Source: Eledone cirrhosa
Lineage: Eukaryota
Assembly (NCBI GenBank): GCA_964016885.1
Contig: OZ024766.1
Span: 13,082,001 to 13,146,000 of the forward strand
Length of the DNA: 64,000 nucleotides
Reading direction: 5' to 3'
Shown one piece after another: positions 36,308 through 50,602 of this stretch (its first letter is position 1; each line of letters begins with the position of its first letter). The notes beneath the pieces were generated by a model. It searched no databases, had not been told where the DNA came from, and saw only the letters and a list, made by a program, of their open reading frames with translations. The position numbers were made by a program, and so were the translations under genes.

Positions 36308-39300
36308 GCAGAAACTGGTGCAGTAATACATCAACCCCAGTGCAGAAACTGGAGCATTAATACATCAACCCCAGTGCAGTAATACATCAATCCCAGTGCA
36401 GAAACTAGTGCAGTAATACATCAACCCCAGTGCAGTAATACATCAACCCCAGTGCAGTAACTGGTGCAGTAATACCTCAACCCCAGTGCAGTAATACATC
36501 AACCCCAGGGCAGAAACTGGTGCAGTAATACATCAACCCCAGTGCAGAAACTGGTGCAGTAATACATCAACCCCAGTGCAGAAACTGGTGCAGTAATACA
36601 TCAACCCCAGTGCAGTAATACATCAACCCCAGTGCAGAAACTGGTGCAGTAATACATCAACCCCAGTGCAGTAATACATCAACCCCAGTGCAGTAATACA
36701 TCAACCCCAGTGCAGTAATACATCAACCCCAGTGCAGTAATACATCAACCCCAGTGCAGAAACTGGTGCAGTAATACATCAACCCCAGTGCAGTAACTGG
36801 TGCAGTAATACATCAACCCCAGTGCAGTAACTGGTGCAGTAATACATCAACCCCAGTGCAGTAATACATCAACTCCAGTGCAGAAACTGGTGCAGTAATA
36901 CATCAACCCCAGTGCAGTAATACATCAACCCCAGTGCAGTAATACATCAACCCCAGTGCAGTAATACATCAACCCCAGTGCAGTAATACATCAACCCCAG
37001 TGCAGAAATTGGTGCAGTAATACATCAACCCCAGTGCAGTAATACATCAACCCCAGTGCAGAAACTGGTGCAGTAATACATCAACCCCAGTGCAGAAACT
37101 GGTGCAGTAATACATCAACCCCAGTGCAGTAACTGGTGCAGTAATACATCAACCCCAGTGCAGTAACTGGTGCAGTAATACATCAACCCCAGTGCAGTAA
37201 CTGGTGCAGTAATACATCAACCCCAGTGCAGAAACTGGTGCAGTAATACATCAACCCCAGTGCAGTAATACATCAACCCCAGTGCAGAAACTGGTGCAGT
37301 AATACGTCAACCCCAGTGCAGTAATACATCAAACCCAGTGCAGAAACTGGTGCAGTAATACATCAACCCCAGTGCAGTAACTGGTGCAGTAATACATCAA
37401 CCCCAGTGCAGTAACTGGTGCAGTAATACATCAACCCCAGTGCAGTAACTGGTGCAGTAATACATCAACCCCAGTGCAGTAACTGGTGCAGTAATACATC
37501 AACCCCAGTGCAGTAATACATCAACCCCAGTGCAGTAACTGGTGCAGTAATACATCAACCCCAGTGCAGAAACTGGTGCAGTAATACATTAACCCCAGTG
37601 CAGTAATACATCAACCCCAGTGCAGTAGTACATCAACCCCAGTGCAGAAACTGGTGCAGTAATACATCAACCCCAGTGCAGTAATACATCAACCCCAGTG
37701 CAGTAATACATCAACCGCAGTGCAGAAACTGGTGCAGTAATACATCAACCCCAGTGCAGTAATACATCAACTCCAGTGCAGAAACTGGTGCAGTAATACT
37801 TCAACCCCAGTGCAGAAACTGGTGCAGTAATACATCAACCCCAGTGCAGTAATACATCAACCCCAGTGCAGAAACTGGTGCAGTAATACATCAACCCCAG
37901 TGCAGTAATACATCAACCCCAGTGCAGAAACTGGTGCAGTAATACATCAACCCCAGTGCAGAAACTGGTGCAGTAATACATCAACCCCAGTGCAGTAACT
38001 GGTGCAGTAATACATCAACCCCAGTGCAGTAACTGGTGCAGTAATACATCAACCCCAGTGCAGTAATACATCAACCCCAGTGCAGAAACTGGTGCAGTAA
38101 TACATCAACCCCAGTGCAGTAATACATCAACCCCAGTGCAGTAATACATCAACCCCAGTGCAGAAACTGGTGCAGTAATACGTCAACCCCAGTGCAGTAA
38201 TACATCAACCCCAGTGCAGAAACTGGTGCAGTAATAAATCAACCCCAGGGCAGAAACTGGTGCAGTAATACATCAACCCCAGTGCAGAAACTGGTGCAGT
38301 AATACATCAACCCCAGTGCAGTAATATATCAACCCCAGTGCAGAAACTGGTGCAGTAATACATCAACCCCAGTGCAGTAATACATCAACCCCAGGGCAGA
38401 AACTGGTGCAGTAATACATCAACCCCAGTGCAGTAATACATCAACCCCAGGGCAGAAACTGGTGCAGTAATACATCAACCCCAGTGCAGAAACTGGTGCA
38501 GTAATACATCAACCCCAGGGCAGAAACTGGTGCAGTAATAATCAACCCCAGTGCAGTAATACATCAACCCCAGTGCAGAAACTGGTGCAGTAATACATCA
38601 ACCCCAGTGCAGTAATACATCAACCCCAGGGCAGAAACTGGTGCAGTAATACATCAACCCCAGTGCAGTAATACATCAACCCCAGGGCAGAAACTGTTGC
38701 AGTAATACATCAACCCCAGTGCAGAAACTGGTGCAGTAATACATCAACCCCAGGGCAGAAACTGGTGCAGTAATACATCAACCCCAGTGCAGAAACTGGT
38801 GCAGTAATACATCAACCCCAGTGCAGAAACTGGTGCAGTAATACATCAACCCAGTGCAGTAATACATCAACCCCAGTGCAGAAACTGGTGCAGTAATACA
38901 TCAACCCCAGTGCAGTAATACATCAACTCCAGTGCAGAAACTGGTGCAGTAATACATCAACCCCAGTGCAGAAACTGGTGCAGTAATACATCAACCCCAG
39001 TGCAGTAATACTTCAACCCCAGTGCAGAAACTGGTGCAGTAATACATCAACCCCAGGGCAGTAACTGGTGCAGTAATACATCAACCCCAGTGCAGTAACT
39101 GGTGCAGTAATACATCAACCCCAGTGCAGTAATACATCAACCCCAGTGCAGTAATACATCAACCCCAGTGCAGAAACTGGTGCAGTAATACATCAACCCC
39201 AGTGCAGTAACTGGTGCAGTAATATATCAACCCCAGGGCAGTAACTGGTGCAGTAATACATCAACCCCAGTGCAGAAACTGGTGAAGTAATACATCAACC

Positions 39301-41700
39301 CCAGGGCAGTAACTGGTGCAGTAATACATCAACCCCAGTGCAGTAACTGGTGCAGAAATACATCAACCCCAGTGCAGTAACTGGCGCAGTAATACATCAA
39401 CCCCACTTCAGTAATACATCAACCCCAGGGCAGAAACTGGTGCAGTAATACATCAAGCCCAGTGCAGAAAATGGTGCAGTAATACATCTACCCCAGTGCA
39501 GTAATACATCAACCCCAGTGCAGAAACTGGTGCAGTAATACATCAACCCCAGTGCAGTAATACATCAACCCCAGGGCAGAAACTGGTGCAGTAATACATC
39601 AACCCCAGTGCAGAAACTGGTGCAGTAATACATCAACCCCAGTGCAGAAACTGGTGCAGTAATACATCAACCCCAGTGCAGTAACTGGTGCAGTAATACA
39701 TCAACCCCAGTGCAGTAACTGGTGCAGTAATACATCAACCCCAGTGCAGAAACTGGTGCAGTAATACATCAACCCCAGTGCAGTAATACATCAACCCCAG
39801 TGCAGAAACTGGTGCAGTAATACATCAACCCCAGTGCAGAAACTGGTGCAGTAATACATCAACCCCAGTGCAGAAACTGGTGCAGTAATACATCAACACC
39901 AGTGCAGTAATACATCAACCCCAGTGCAGTAATACATCAACCCCAGTGCAGTAATACATCAACCCCAGTGCAGAAACTGGTGCAGTAATACATCAACCCC
40001 AGTGCAGAAACTGGTGCAGTAATACATCAACCCCAGGGCAGAAACTGGTGCAGTAATACATCAACCCCAGTGCAGTAATACATCAACCCCAGTGCAGAAA
40101 CTGGTGCAGTAATACATCAACCCCATTGCAGAAACTGGTGCAGTAATACATCAACCCCAGTGCAGAAACTGGTGCAGTAATACATCAACACCAGTGCAGT
40201 AATACATCAACCCCAGTGCAGTAATACATCAACCCCAGTGCAGTAATACATCAACCCCAGTGCAGAAACTGGTGCAGTAATACATCAACCCCAGTGCAGA
40301 AACTGGTGCAGTAATACATCAACCCCAGTGCAGAAACTGGTGCAGTAATACATCAACCCCAGGGCAGAAACTGGTGCAGTAATACATCAACCCCAGTGCA
40401 GTAATACATCAACCCCAGGGCAGAAACTGGTGCAGTAATACATCAACCCCAGGGCAGAAACTGGTGCAGTAATACATCAACCCCAGTGCAGAAACTGGTG
40501 CAGTAATACATCAACCCCAGTGCAGAAACTGGTGCAGTAATACATCAACCCCAGGGCAGAAACTGGTGCAGTAATACATCAACCCCAGTGCAGTAATACA
40601 TCAACCCCAGGGCAGAAACTGGTGCAGTAATACATCAACCCCAGGGCAGAAACTGGTGCAGTAATGCATCAACCCCAGTGCAGAAACTGGTGCAGTAATA
40701 CATCAACCCCAGTGTAGTAATACATCAACCCCAGGGCAGAAACTGGTGCAGTAATACATCAACCCCAGTGCAGTAATACATCAACCCAGGGCAGAAACTA
40801 GTGCAGTAATACATCAACCCCAGTGCAGAAACTGGTGCAGTACTACATCAACCCCAGGGCAGAAACTGGTGCAGTAATACATCAACCCCAGTGCAGTAAT
40901 ACATCAACCCCAGGGCAGAAACTGGTGCAGTAATACATCAACCCCAGTGCAGTAATACATCAACCCCAGGGCAGAAACTGGTGCAGTAATACATCAACCC
41001 CAGTGCAGTAATACATCAACCCCAGGGCAGAAACTGGTGCAGTAATACATCAACCCCAGTGCAGTAATACATCAACCCCAGGGCAGAAACTGGTGCAGTA
41101 ATACATCAACCCCAGTGCAGAAACTGGTGCAGTAATACATCAACCCCAGGGCAGAAACTGGTGCAGTAATACATCAACCCCAGTGCAGTAATACATCAAC
41201 CCCAGGGCAGAAACTGGTGCAGTAATACATCAACCCCAGGGCAGAAACTGGTGCAGTAATACATCAACCCCAGGGCAGAAACTGGTGCAGTAATACATCA
41301 ACCCCAGTGCAGAAACTGGTGCAGTAATACATCAACCCCAGTGCAGAAACTGGTGCAGTAATACATCAACCCCAGTGCAGTAATACATCAACCCCAGTGC
41401 AGAAACTGGTGCAGTAATATATCAACCCCAGTGCAGAAACTGGTGCAGTAATACATCAACCCCAGTGCAGTAATACATCAACCCCAGTGCAGAAACTGAT
41501 GCAGTAATACATCAACCCCAGTGCAGAAACTGGTGCAGTAATACATGAACCCCAGGGCAGAAACTGGTGCAGTAATACATCAACCCCAGGGCAGAAACTG
41601 GTGCAGTAATACATCAACACCAGGGCAGTAACTGGTGCAGTAATACATCAACCCCAGTGCAGTAACTGGTGCAGTAATACATCAACCCCAGGGCAGAAAC
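36308..41700 (+). repeat. Two-module minisatellite (22-bp gtgcagtaatacatcaacccca, with or without 12-bp gtgcagaaactg), about 5.4 kb
   Basis: 22- and 34-bp units are irregularly interspersed, with variants gtgcag/gggcag and aaactg/taactg. Confidence 0.95.
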
Positions 41701-41983
41701 TACTGCATTTGTTGACCATAGCTAGGGATATAGGTGTAGAAACTATACTCACTACCTTCAGTTCAGTATTTGTGCCAACCCTTACCTAGGGTCACACATC
41801 TTGGGTAATGTCCGAAAGAACTTGATCGTGAATGGCAGAGATCAAAGTAAGAGGCACTCAATGGCATTTCCAATTTATAAGAACCTGAAAGGCTTCGTCA
41901 CAAGCTGTCCCTCTTTATCATGTTTTGGGTTTCTTTGCTGTAATTTTGCTGACCCTTGCTTTCTACATAAATTATCTAAACGG

Positions 41984-44900
41984 CTAAAGTCTGTCTTAAA
42001 CCAGAAGGATGTTAGGCCGGTAGTTATCCTGGTTTCATTGTGTGAAGTGACTGAGAGTACAAGACTTCCCCCTGGACAGGACACCAGTCCATCACAGGGT
42101 AATGTTAAGTCTAAAGTCTGTCTTAAACCAGAAGGATGTTAGGCCGGTAGTTATCCTGGTTTCATTGTGTGAAGTGACTGACAGTACAAGACTTCCCCCT
42201 GGACAGGACACCAGTCCATCACAGGGTTATGTTAAGTCTAAAGTCTGTCTTAAACCAGAAGGATGTTAGGCCGGTAGTTATCCTGGTTTCATGGTGTGAA
42301 GTGACTGAGAGTACAAGACTTCCTCCTGGACAGGACACCAGTCCATCACAGGGTTATGTTAAGTCTAAAGTCTGTCTTAAGCCAGAAGGATGTTAGGCCG
42401 GTACTTATCCTGGTTTCATGGTGTGAAGTGACTGAGTGTACAAGACTTCCCCCTGGACAGGACACCAGTCCATCACAGGGTAATGTTAAGTCTAAAGTCT
42501 GTCTTAAACCAGAAGGATGTTAGGCCGATACTTATCCTGGTTTCATGGTGTGATGTGACTGAGAGTACAAGACTTCCCCCTGGACAGGACACCAGTCCAT
42601 CACAGGGTTATATTAAGTCTAAAGTCTGTCTTAAGCCAGAAGGATGTTAGGCCGGTACTTATCCTGGTTTCATGGTGTGATGTGACTGAGAGTACAAGAC
42701 TTCCCCCTGGACAGGACACCAGTCCATCACAGGGTAATGTTAAGTCTAAAGTCTGTCTTAAGCCAGAAGGATGTTAGGCCGGTACTTATCCTGGTTTCAT
42801 GGTGTGAAGTGACTGAGAGTACAAGACTTCCCCCTGGACAGGACACCAGTCCATCACAGGGTTATGTTAAGTCTAAAGTCTGTCTTAAACCAGAAGGATG
42901 TTAGGCCGGTACTTATCCTGGTTTCATGGTGTGAAGTGACTGAGAGTACAAGACTTCCTCCTGGACAGGACACCAGTCCATCACAGGGTTATGTTAAGTC
43001 TAAAGTCTGTCTTAAGCCAGAAGGATGTTAGGCCGGTACTTATCCTGGTTTCATGGTGTGAAGTGACTGAGAGTACAAGACTTCCCCCTGGACAGGACAC
43101 CAGCCCATCACAGGATTATGTTAAGTCTAAAGTCTGTCTTAAGCCAGAAGGATGTTAGGCCGGTACTTATCCTGGTTTCATGGTGTGATGTGACTGAGCG
43201 TACAAGACTTCCCCCTGGACAGGACACCAGTCCATCACAGGGTAATGTTAAGTCTAAAGTCTGTCTTAAACCAGAAGGGTGTTAGGCCGGTACTTATCCT
43301 GGTTTCATGGTGTGATGTGACTGAGAGTATAAGACTTCCCCCTGGACAGGACACCAGTCCATCACAGGGTAATGTTAAGTCTAAAGTCTGTCTTAAGCCA
43401 GAAGGATGTTAGGCCGGTACTTATCCTGGTTTCATGGTGTGAAGTGACTGAGAGTACAAGACTCCCCATGGACAGGACACCAGTCCATCACAGGGTAATG
43501 TTAAGTCTAAAGTCTGTCTTAAGCCAGAAGGATGTTAGGCCGGTACTTATCCTGGTTTCATGGTGTGAAGTGACTGAGAGTACAAGACTTCCCCCTGGAC
43601 AGGACACCAGTCCATCACAGGGTAATGTTAAGTCTAAAGTCTGTCTTAAGCCAGAAGGATGTTAGGCCGGTACTTATCCTGGTTTCATGGTGTGAAGTGA
43701 CTGAGAGTACAAGACTTCCCCCTGGACAGGACACCAGTCCATCACAGGGTAATGTTAAGTCTAAAGTCTGTCTTAAGCCAGAAGGATGTTAGGCCGGTAC
43801 TTATCCTGGTTTCATGGTGTGAAGTGACTGAGAGTACAAGACTTCCTCCTGGACAGGACACCAGTCCATCACAGGGTAATGTTAAGTCTAAAGTCTGTCT
43901 TAAGCCAGAAGGATGTTAGGCCGGTACTTATCTTGGTTTCATGGTGTGAAGTGACTGAGAGTACAAGACTTCCTCCTGGACAGGACACCAGTCCATCACA
44001 GGGTTATGTTAAGTCTAAAGTCTGTCTTAAACCAGAAGGATGTTAGGCCGGTACTTATCCTGGTTTCATGGTGTGAAGTGACTGAGAGTACAAGACTTCC
44101 TCCTGGACAGGACACCAGTCCATCACAGGGTTATGTTAAGTCTAAAGTCTGTCTTAAACCAGAAGGATGTTAGGCCGGTACTTATCCTGGTTTCATGGTG
44201 TGAAGTGACTGAGAGTACAAGACTTCCTCCTGGACAGGACACCAGTCCATCACAGGGTTATGTTAAGTCTAAAGTCTGTCTTAAACCAGAAGGATGTTAG
44301 GCCGGTACTTATCCTGGTTTCATGGTGTGATGTGACTGAGCGTACAAGACTTCCCCCTGGACAGGACACCAGTCCATCACAGGGTTATATTAAGTCTAAA
44401 GTCTGTCTTAAGCCAGAAGGATGTTAGGCCGGTACTTATCCTGGTTTCATGGTGTGATGTGACTGAGAGTACAAGACTTCCCCCTGGACAGGACACCAGT
44501 CCATCACAGGGTAATGTTAAGTCTAAAGTCTGTCTTAAGCCAGAAGGATGTTAGGCCGGTACTTATCCTGGTTTCATGGTGTGAAGTGACTGAGAGTACA
44601 AGACTTCCCCCTGGACAGGACACCAGTCCATCACAGGGTTATGTTAAGTCTAAAGTCTGTCTTAAACCAGAAGGATGTTAGGCCGGTACTTATCCTGGTT
44701 TCATGGTGTGAAGTGACTGAGAGTACAAGACTTCCTCCTGGACAGGACACCAGTCCATCACAGGGTTATGTTAAGTCTAAAGTCTGTCTTAAGCCAGAAG
44801 GATGTTAGGCCGGTACTTATCCTGGTTTCATGGTGTGAAGTGACTGAGAGTACAAGACTTCCCCCTGGACAGGACACCAGCCCATCACAGGATTATGTTA

Positions 44901-47900
44901 AGTCTAAAGTCTGTCTTAAGCCAGAAGGATGTTAGGCCGGTACTTATCCTGGTTTCATGGTGTGATGTGACTGAGCGTACAAGACTTCCCCCTGGACAGG
45001 ACACCAGTCCATCACAGGGTAATGTTAAGTCTAAAGTCTGTCTTAAACCAGAAGGGTGTTAGGCCGGTACTTATCCTGGTTTCATGGTGTGATGTGACTG
45101 AGAGTATAAGACTTCCCCCTGGACAGGACACCAGTCCATCACAGGGTAATGTTAAGTCTAAAGTCTGTCTTAAGCCAGAAGGATGTTAGGCCGGTACTTA
45201 TCCTGGTTTCATGGTGTGAAGTGACTGAGAGTACAAGACTCCCCATGGACAGGACACCAGTCCATCACAGGGTAATGTTAAGTCTAAAGTCTGTCTTAAG
45301 CCAGAAGGATGTTAGGCCGGTACTTATCCTGGTTTCATGGTGTGAAGTGACTGAGAGTACAGGACTTCCCCCTGGACAGGACACCAGTCCATCACAGGGT
45401 AATGTTAAGTCTAAAGTCTGTCTTAAGCCAGAAGGATGTTAGGCCGGTACTTATCCTGGTTTCATGGTGTGAAGTGACTGAGAGTACAAGACTTCCCCCT
45501 GGACAGGACACCAGTCCATCACAGGGTAATGTTAAGTCTAAAGTCTGTCTTAAGCCAGAAGGATGTTAGGCCGGTACTTATCCTGGTTTCATGGTGTGAA
45601 GTGACTGAGAGTACAAGACTTCCTCCTGGACAGGACACCAGTCCATCACAGGGTAATGTTAAGTCTAAAGTCTGTCTTAAGCCAGAAGGATGTTAGGCCG
45701 GTACTTATCTTGGTTTCATGGTGTGAAGTGACTGAGAGTACAAGACTTCCTCCTGGACAGGACACCAGTCCATCACAGGGTTATGTTAAGTCTAAAGTCT
45801 GTCTTAAACCAGAAGGATGTTAGGCCGGTACTTATCCTGGTTTCATGGTGTGAAGTGACTGAGAGTACAAGACTTCCTCCTGGACAGGACACCAGTCCAT
45901 CACAGGGTTATGTTAAGTCTAAAGTCTGTCTTAAACCAGAAGGATGTTAGGCCGGTACTTATCCTGGTTTCATGGTGTGAAGTGACTGAGAGTACAAGAC
46001 TTCCTCCTGGACAGGACACCAGTCCATCACAGGGTTATGTTAAGTCTAAAGTCTGTCTTAAACCAGAAGGATGTTAGGCCGGTACTTATCCTGGTTTCAT
46101 GGTGTGATGTGACTGAGCGTACAAGACTTCCCCCTGGACAGGACACCAGTCCATCACAGGGTAATGTTAAGTCTAAAGTCTGTCTTAAACCAGAAGGGTG
46201 TTAGGCCGGTACTTATCCTGGTTTCATGGTGTGATGTGACTGAGAGTATAAGACTTCCCCCTGGACAGGACACCAGTCCATCACAGGGTAATGTTAAGTC
46301 TAAAGTCTGTCTTAAGCCAGAAGGATGTTAGGCCGGTACTTATCCTGGTTTCATGGTGTGAAGTGACTGAGAGTACAAGACTCCCCATGGACAGGACACC
46401 AGTCCATCACAGGGTAATGTTAAGTCTAAAGTCTGTCTTAAGCCAGAAGGATGTTAGGCCGGTACTTATCCTGGTTTCATGGTGTGAAGTGACTGAGAGT
46501 ACAAGACTTCCCCCTGGACAGGACACCAGTCCATCACAGGGTAATGTTAAGTCTAAAGTCTGTCTTAAGCCAAAAGGATGTTAGGCCGGTACTTATCCTG
46601 GTTTCATGGTGTGAAGTGACTGAGAGTACAAGACTTCCCCCTGGACAGGACACCAGTCCATCACAGGGTAATGTTAAGTCTAAAGTCTGTCTTAAGCCAG
46701 AAGGATGTTAGGCCGGTACTTATTCTGGTTTCATGGTGTGAAGTGACTGAGAGTACAAGACTTCCTCCTGGACAGGACACCAGTCCATCACAGGGTTATG
46801 TTAAGTCTAAAGTCTGTCTTAAACCAGAAGGATGTTAGGCCGGTACTTATCCTGGTTTCATGGTGTGAAGTGACTGAGAGTACAAGACTTCCTCCTGGAC
46901 AGGACACCAGTCCATCACAGGGTTATGTTAAGTCTAAAGTCTGTCTTAAACCAGAAGGATGTTAGGCCGGTACTTATCCTGGTTTCATGGTGTGAAGTGA
47001 CTGAGAGTACAAGACTTCCTCCTGGACAGGACACCAGTCCATCACAGGGTTATGTTAAGTCTAAAGTCTGTCTTAAACCAGAAGGATGTTAGGCCGGTAC
47101 TTATCCTGGTTTCATGGTGTGAAGTGACTGAGAGTACAAGACTTCCTCCTGGACAGGACACCAGTCCATCACAGGGTTATGTTAAGTCTAAAGTCTGTCT
47201 TAAACCAGAAGGATGTTAGGCCGGTACTTATCCTGGTTTCATGGTGTGAAGTGACTGAGAGTACAAGACTTCCTCCTGGACAGGACACCAGTCCATCACA
47301 GGGTTATGTTAAGTCTAAAGTCTGTCTTAAACCAGAAGGATGTTAGGCCGGTACTTATCCTGGTTTCATGGTGTGAAGTGACTGAGAGTACAAGACTTCC
47401 TCCTGGACAGGACACCAGTCCATCACAGGGTTATGTTAAGTCTAAAGTCTGTCTTAAACCAGAAGGATGTTAGGCCGGTACTTATCCTGGTTTCATGGTG
47501 TGAAGTGACTGAGAGTACAAGACTTCCTCCTGGACAGGACACCAGTCCATCACAGGGTTATGTTAAGTCTAAAGTCTGTCTTAAACCAGAAGGATGTTAG
47601 GCCGGTTCTTATCCTGGTTTCATGGTGTGAAGTGACTGAGAGTACAAGACTTCCCCCCTGGACAGGACACCAGTCCATCACAGGGTAATGTTAAGTCTAA
47701 AGTCTGTCTTAAACCAGAAGGATGTTAGGCCGGTAGTTATCCTGGTTTCATGGTGTGAAGTGACTGAGAGTACAAGACTCCCCCTGGACAGGACACCAGT
47801 CCATCACAGGGTTATGTTAAGTCTAAACTCTGTCTTAAACCAGAATGATGTTAAGCTGGTAGTTATCCTGGTTTCATGGTGTGAAGTGACTGAGAGTACA

Positions 47901-48195
47901 AGACTTCCCCCTGGACAGGACACCAGTACATCACAGGGTTATGTTAAGTCTAAACTCTGTCTTAAACCAGAATGATGTTAAGCTGGTAGTTATCCTGGTT
48001 TCATGGTGTGAAGTGACTGAGAGTACAAGACTTCCCCCTGGACAGGACACCAATCCATCACAGGGTTATGTTAAGTCTAAAGTCTGTCTTAAGCTAGAAG
48101 AATGTTAGGCCGGTACTTATCCTGGTTTCATGGTGTGAAGTGACTGAGAGTACAAGACTTCCCCCTGGACAGGACACCAGTCCATCACAGGGTTA
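41984..48195 (+). repeat. 127-bp satellite (about 49 copies) derived from a SINE 3' tail
   Basis: The unit matches 23760-23875, and the last copy runs on into SINE body (…tttcagctgagtatactggag at about 48225-48243). Confidence 0.93.
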
Positions 48196-48344
48196 ACCCC
48201 CCAGTTATTGCTGTTACTTGTTTTTCAGCTGAGTATACTGGAGAGAATTGTCAGAGTCGTTAGAATGTCATATAGAATGCTTTGTGGTATTTGTTCCAGC
48301 TCTCTGAGTTCAAATCCCGCTGAAGTCAACTTTGCTTTTCATCC

Positions 48345-48952
48345 TTCCTCTCTCTCTCTCTCTCTCTCTTTCTCATTTCCTCTCTCTCTATCTCTTTATA
48401 GCTCTTTCTCATTTCCTCTCTCTCTATCTCTCTTTCTCATTTCCTCTCTCTCTATCTCTTTATAGCTCTTTCTCATTTCCTCTCTCTCTATCTCTTTATA
48501 GCTCTTTCTCATTTCCTCTATCTCTATCTCTCTTTCTCATTTCCTCTCTCTCTCTCTCTCTCTTTCTCATTTCCTCCCTCTCTCTCTATGTATATATCTC
48601 TTTCTCATTTCCTCTCTCTCTATATCTCTTTCTCATTTCCTCTCTCTCTCTCTCTTTCTCATTTCCTCTCTCTCTCTCTCTCTCTTTCTCATTTCCTCTC
48701 TCTATCTCTCTATATATCTTTCTCATTTCCTCTCTCTCTATATCTCTTTCTCATTTCCTCTCTCTCTCTCTCTTTCTCATTTCCTCTCTCTCTCTCTTTC
48801 TCATTTCCTCTCTCTCTCTCTTTCTCATTTCCTCTCTCTCTCTCTTTCTCATTTCCTCTCTCTCTCTCTATATATATATCTTTCTCATTTCCTCTCTCTA
48901 TATCTCTTTCTCATTTCCTCTCTCTCTCTCTCTCTCTATCTCTATCTTTCTC
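48345..48952 (+). repeat. Polypyrimidine tract, tctttctcatttcc(tc)n modules
   Basis: About 600 bp that is almost purely C/T. Confidence 0.9.
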
Positions 48953-49304
48953 TGGAAGAAATCTGCTCCACTCAGGCCTGGGGTGGGGTGGGCTCCCCCA
49001 GGCTTTAAAAATGCCCAAGAAACACCATATGTCAATATGGCGCCCCCTAAGACTCCATCAAGACTTACGCGACCTTACCATGCTGCAGCAACATAAAATG
49101 AAATGTTTTGCTCAAGAACACAACACGCAAGCCAGGTATCGAACCCAAGACATTACGATCGTAAGTCCAACACCCTCACCACTAGGCCACATGCCTCCAT
49201 ACATAAATTATCTAAACTATAATAAAGTAAGAAGTGCGGGACTGCGTACTGTTTATAATTTTTTATCCCCGTTAGTAAAATATGTTGGATTACTTTGAAT
49301 AAAT

Positions 49305-49970
49305 AATTGTCTCTACTTTTGGCACAAGGCCAGCAATTACCCCAGTGTATTACTGGTACTTTATTTTATCGACCCTGTAATAAATGTTTCTACTTTTGGG
49401 GGCACAAGGCCAGCAAATACCCCAGTGTATTACTGGTACTTTATTTTATCGACCCTGTAATAAATGTTTCTACTTTTGGGGGCACAAGGCCAGCAATTAC
49501 CCCAGTGTATTACTGGTACTTTATTTTATCGACCCTGTAATAAATGTTTCTACTTTTGGGGGCACAAGGCCAGCAATTACCCCAGTGTATTACTGGTACT
49601 TTATTTTATCGACCCTGTAATAAATGTTTCTACTTTTGGGGGCACAAGGCCAGCAATTACCCCAGTGTATTACTGGTACTTTATTTTACCAACCCTGTAA
49701 TAATTGTCTCTACTTTTGGCACAAGTCCAGCAAATACCCCAGTGTATTACTGGTACTTTATTTTACCAACCCCGTAATAATTGTCTCTACTTTTGGCACA
49801 AGTCCAGCAATTACCCCAGTGTATTACTGTTACTTTATTTTATCGACCCTGTAATAATTGTTTCTACTATAGGCACAAGGCCAACAATTACCCCAGTGTA
49901 TTACTGGTACTTTATTTTATCGACCCCGTAAGGATGAAAGGAAAAGTTAACTTCGGCGGGATTTGAACTC
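49305..49970 (+). repeat. 77/80-bp tandem array (about 8 copies) of a SINE 3' end
   Basis: Unit tttctacttttgggggcacaaggccagcaattaccccagtgtattactggtactttattttatcgaccc; the last copy continues into SINE body (aggatgaaagg...ggatttgaactc). Confidence 0.88.
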
Positions 49971-50561
49971 ACCTTGCCCAATTAAACCTCTCAATAGAAA
50001 TGTCACAGGATCGAGACCTCTGGCGTCATGCTGTACTGTAGAAGACCCCCCCCCCTTCCCATGTGCTGAAAATGAAATAAAACAAACATGTAGAGAACAC
50101 ACTAGTCTTCACCAATCTTCTCTTCCCCCCTCCCCATTCATAAGACCCTGCCCTCACCTGCTAAATATCCCACACACCTCGTTGATGCTACAACAATAAA
50201 AACACCCAGTTCATCCTGTAAGGTGGTCATACAAAAGTGTGCAGTCCACATTGTAACGTGTTTCGTGTAAAGAAGGGCATCCAGCCTTAGAAACCAAACC
50301 AAAATACACATCCATATGAGACCTGGTCTCCACACCTGACATGTCTCATAACGTGATAACCTGTTTAACCCATGCAGGTGTGATAAAAATGAACGTTAAA
50401 TGATAATGTTGAAGATGATGATGATGATATATATAAACAAACGTAGTAAAGTACCAAGGGAGACAACTCCACCTTTGCTCAATTTAAATCCCATGTTAGT
50501 ATTATTGAGCAGACCTCTCATTAAAGTTGTTCCAGCCGTGACTATCATGTTTATATGTATA

Positions 50562-50602
<41 letters not shown>

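Noticed and set aside
36308-48195. CRISPR-like appearance of regular repeats
   Set aside because: No unique spacers, no cas genes, and a eukaryotic context; these are plain tandem arrays.
48208-49298. Ser/Leu/Phe-rich ORFs resembling membrane proteins
   Set aside because: Translation of the CT-rich tract.
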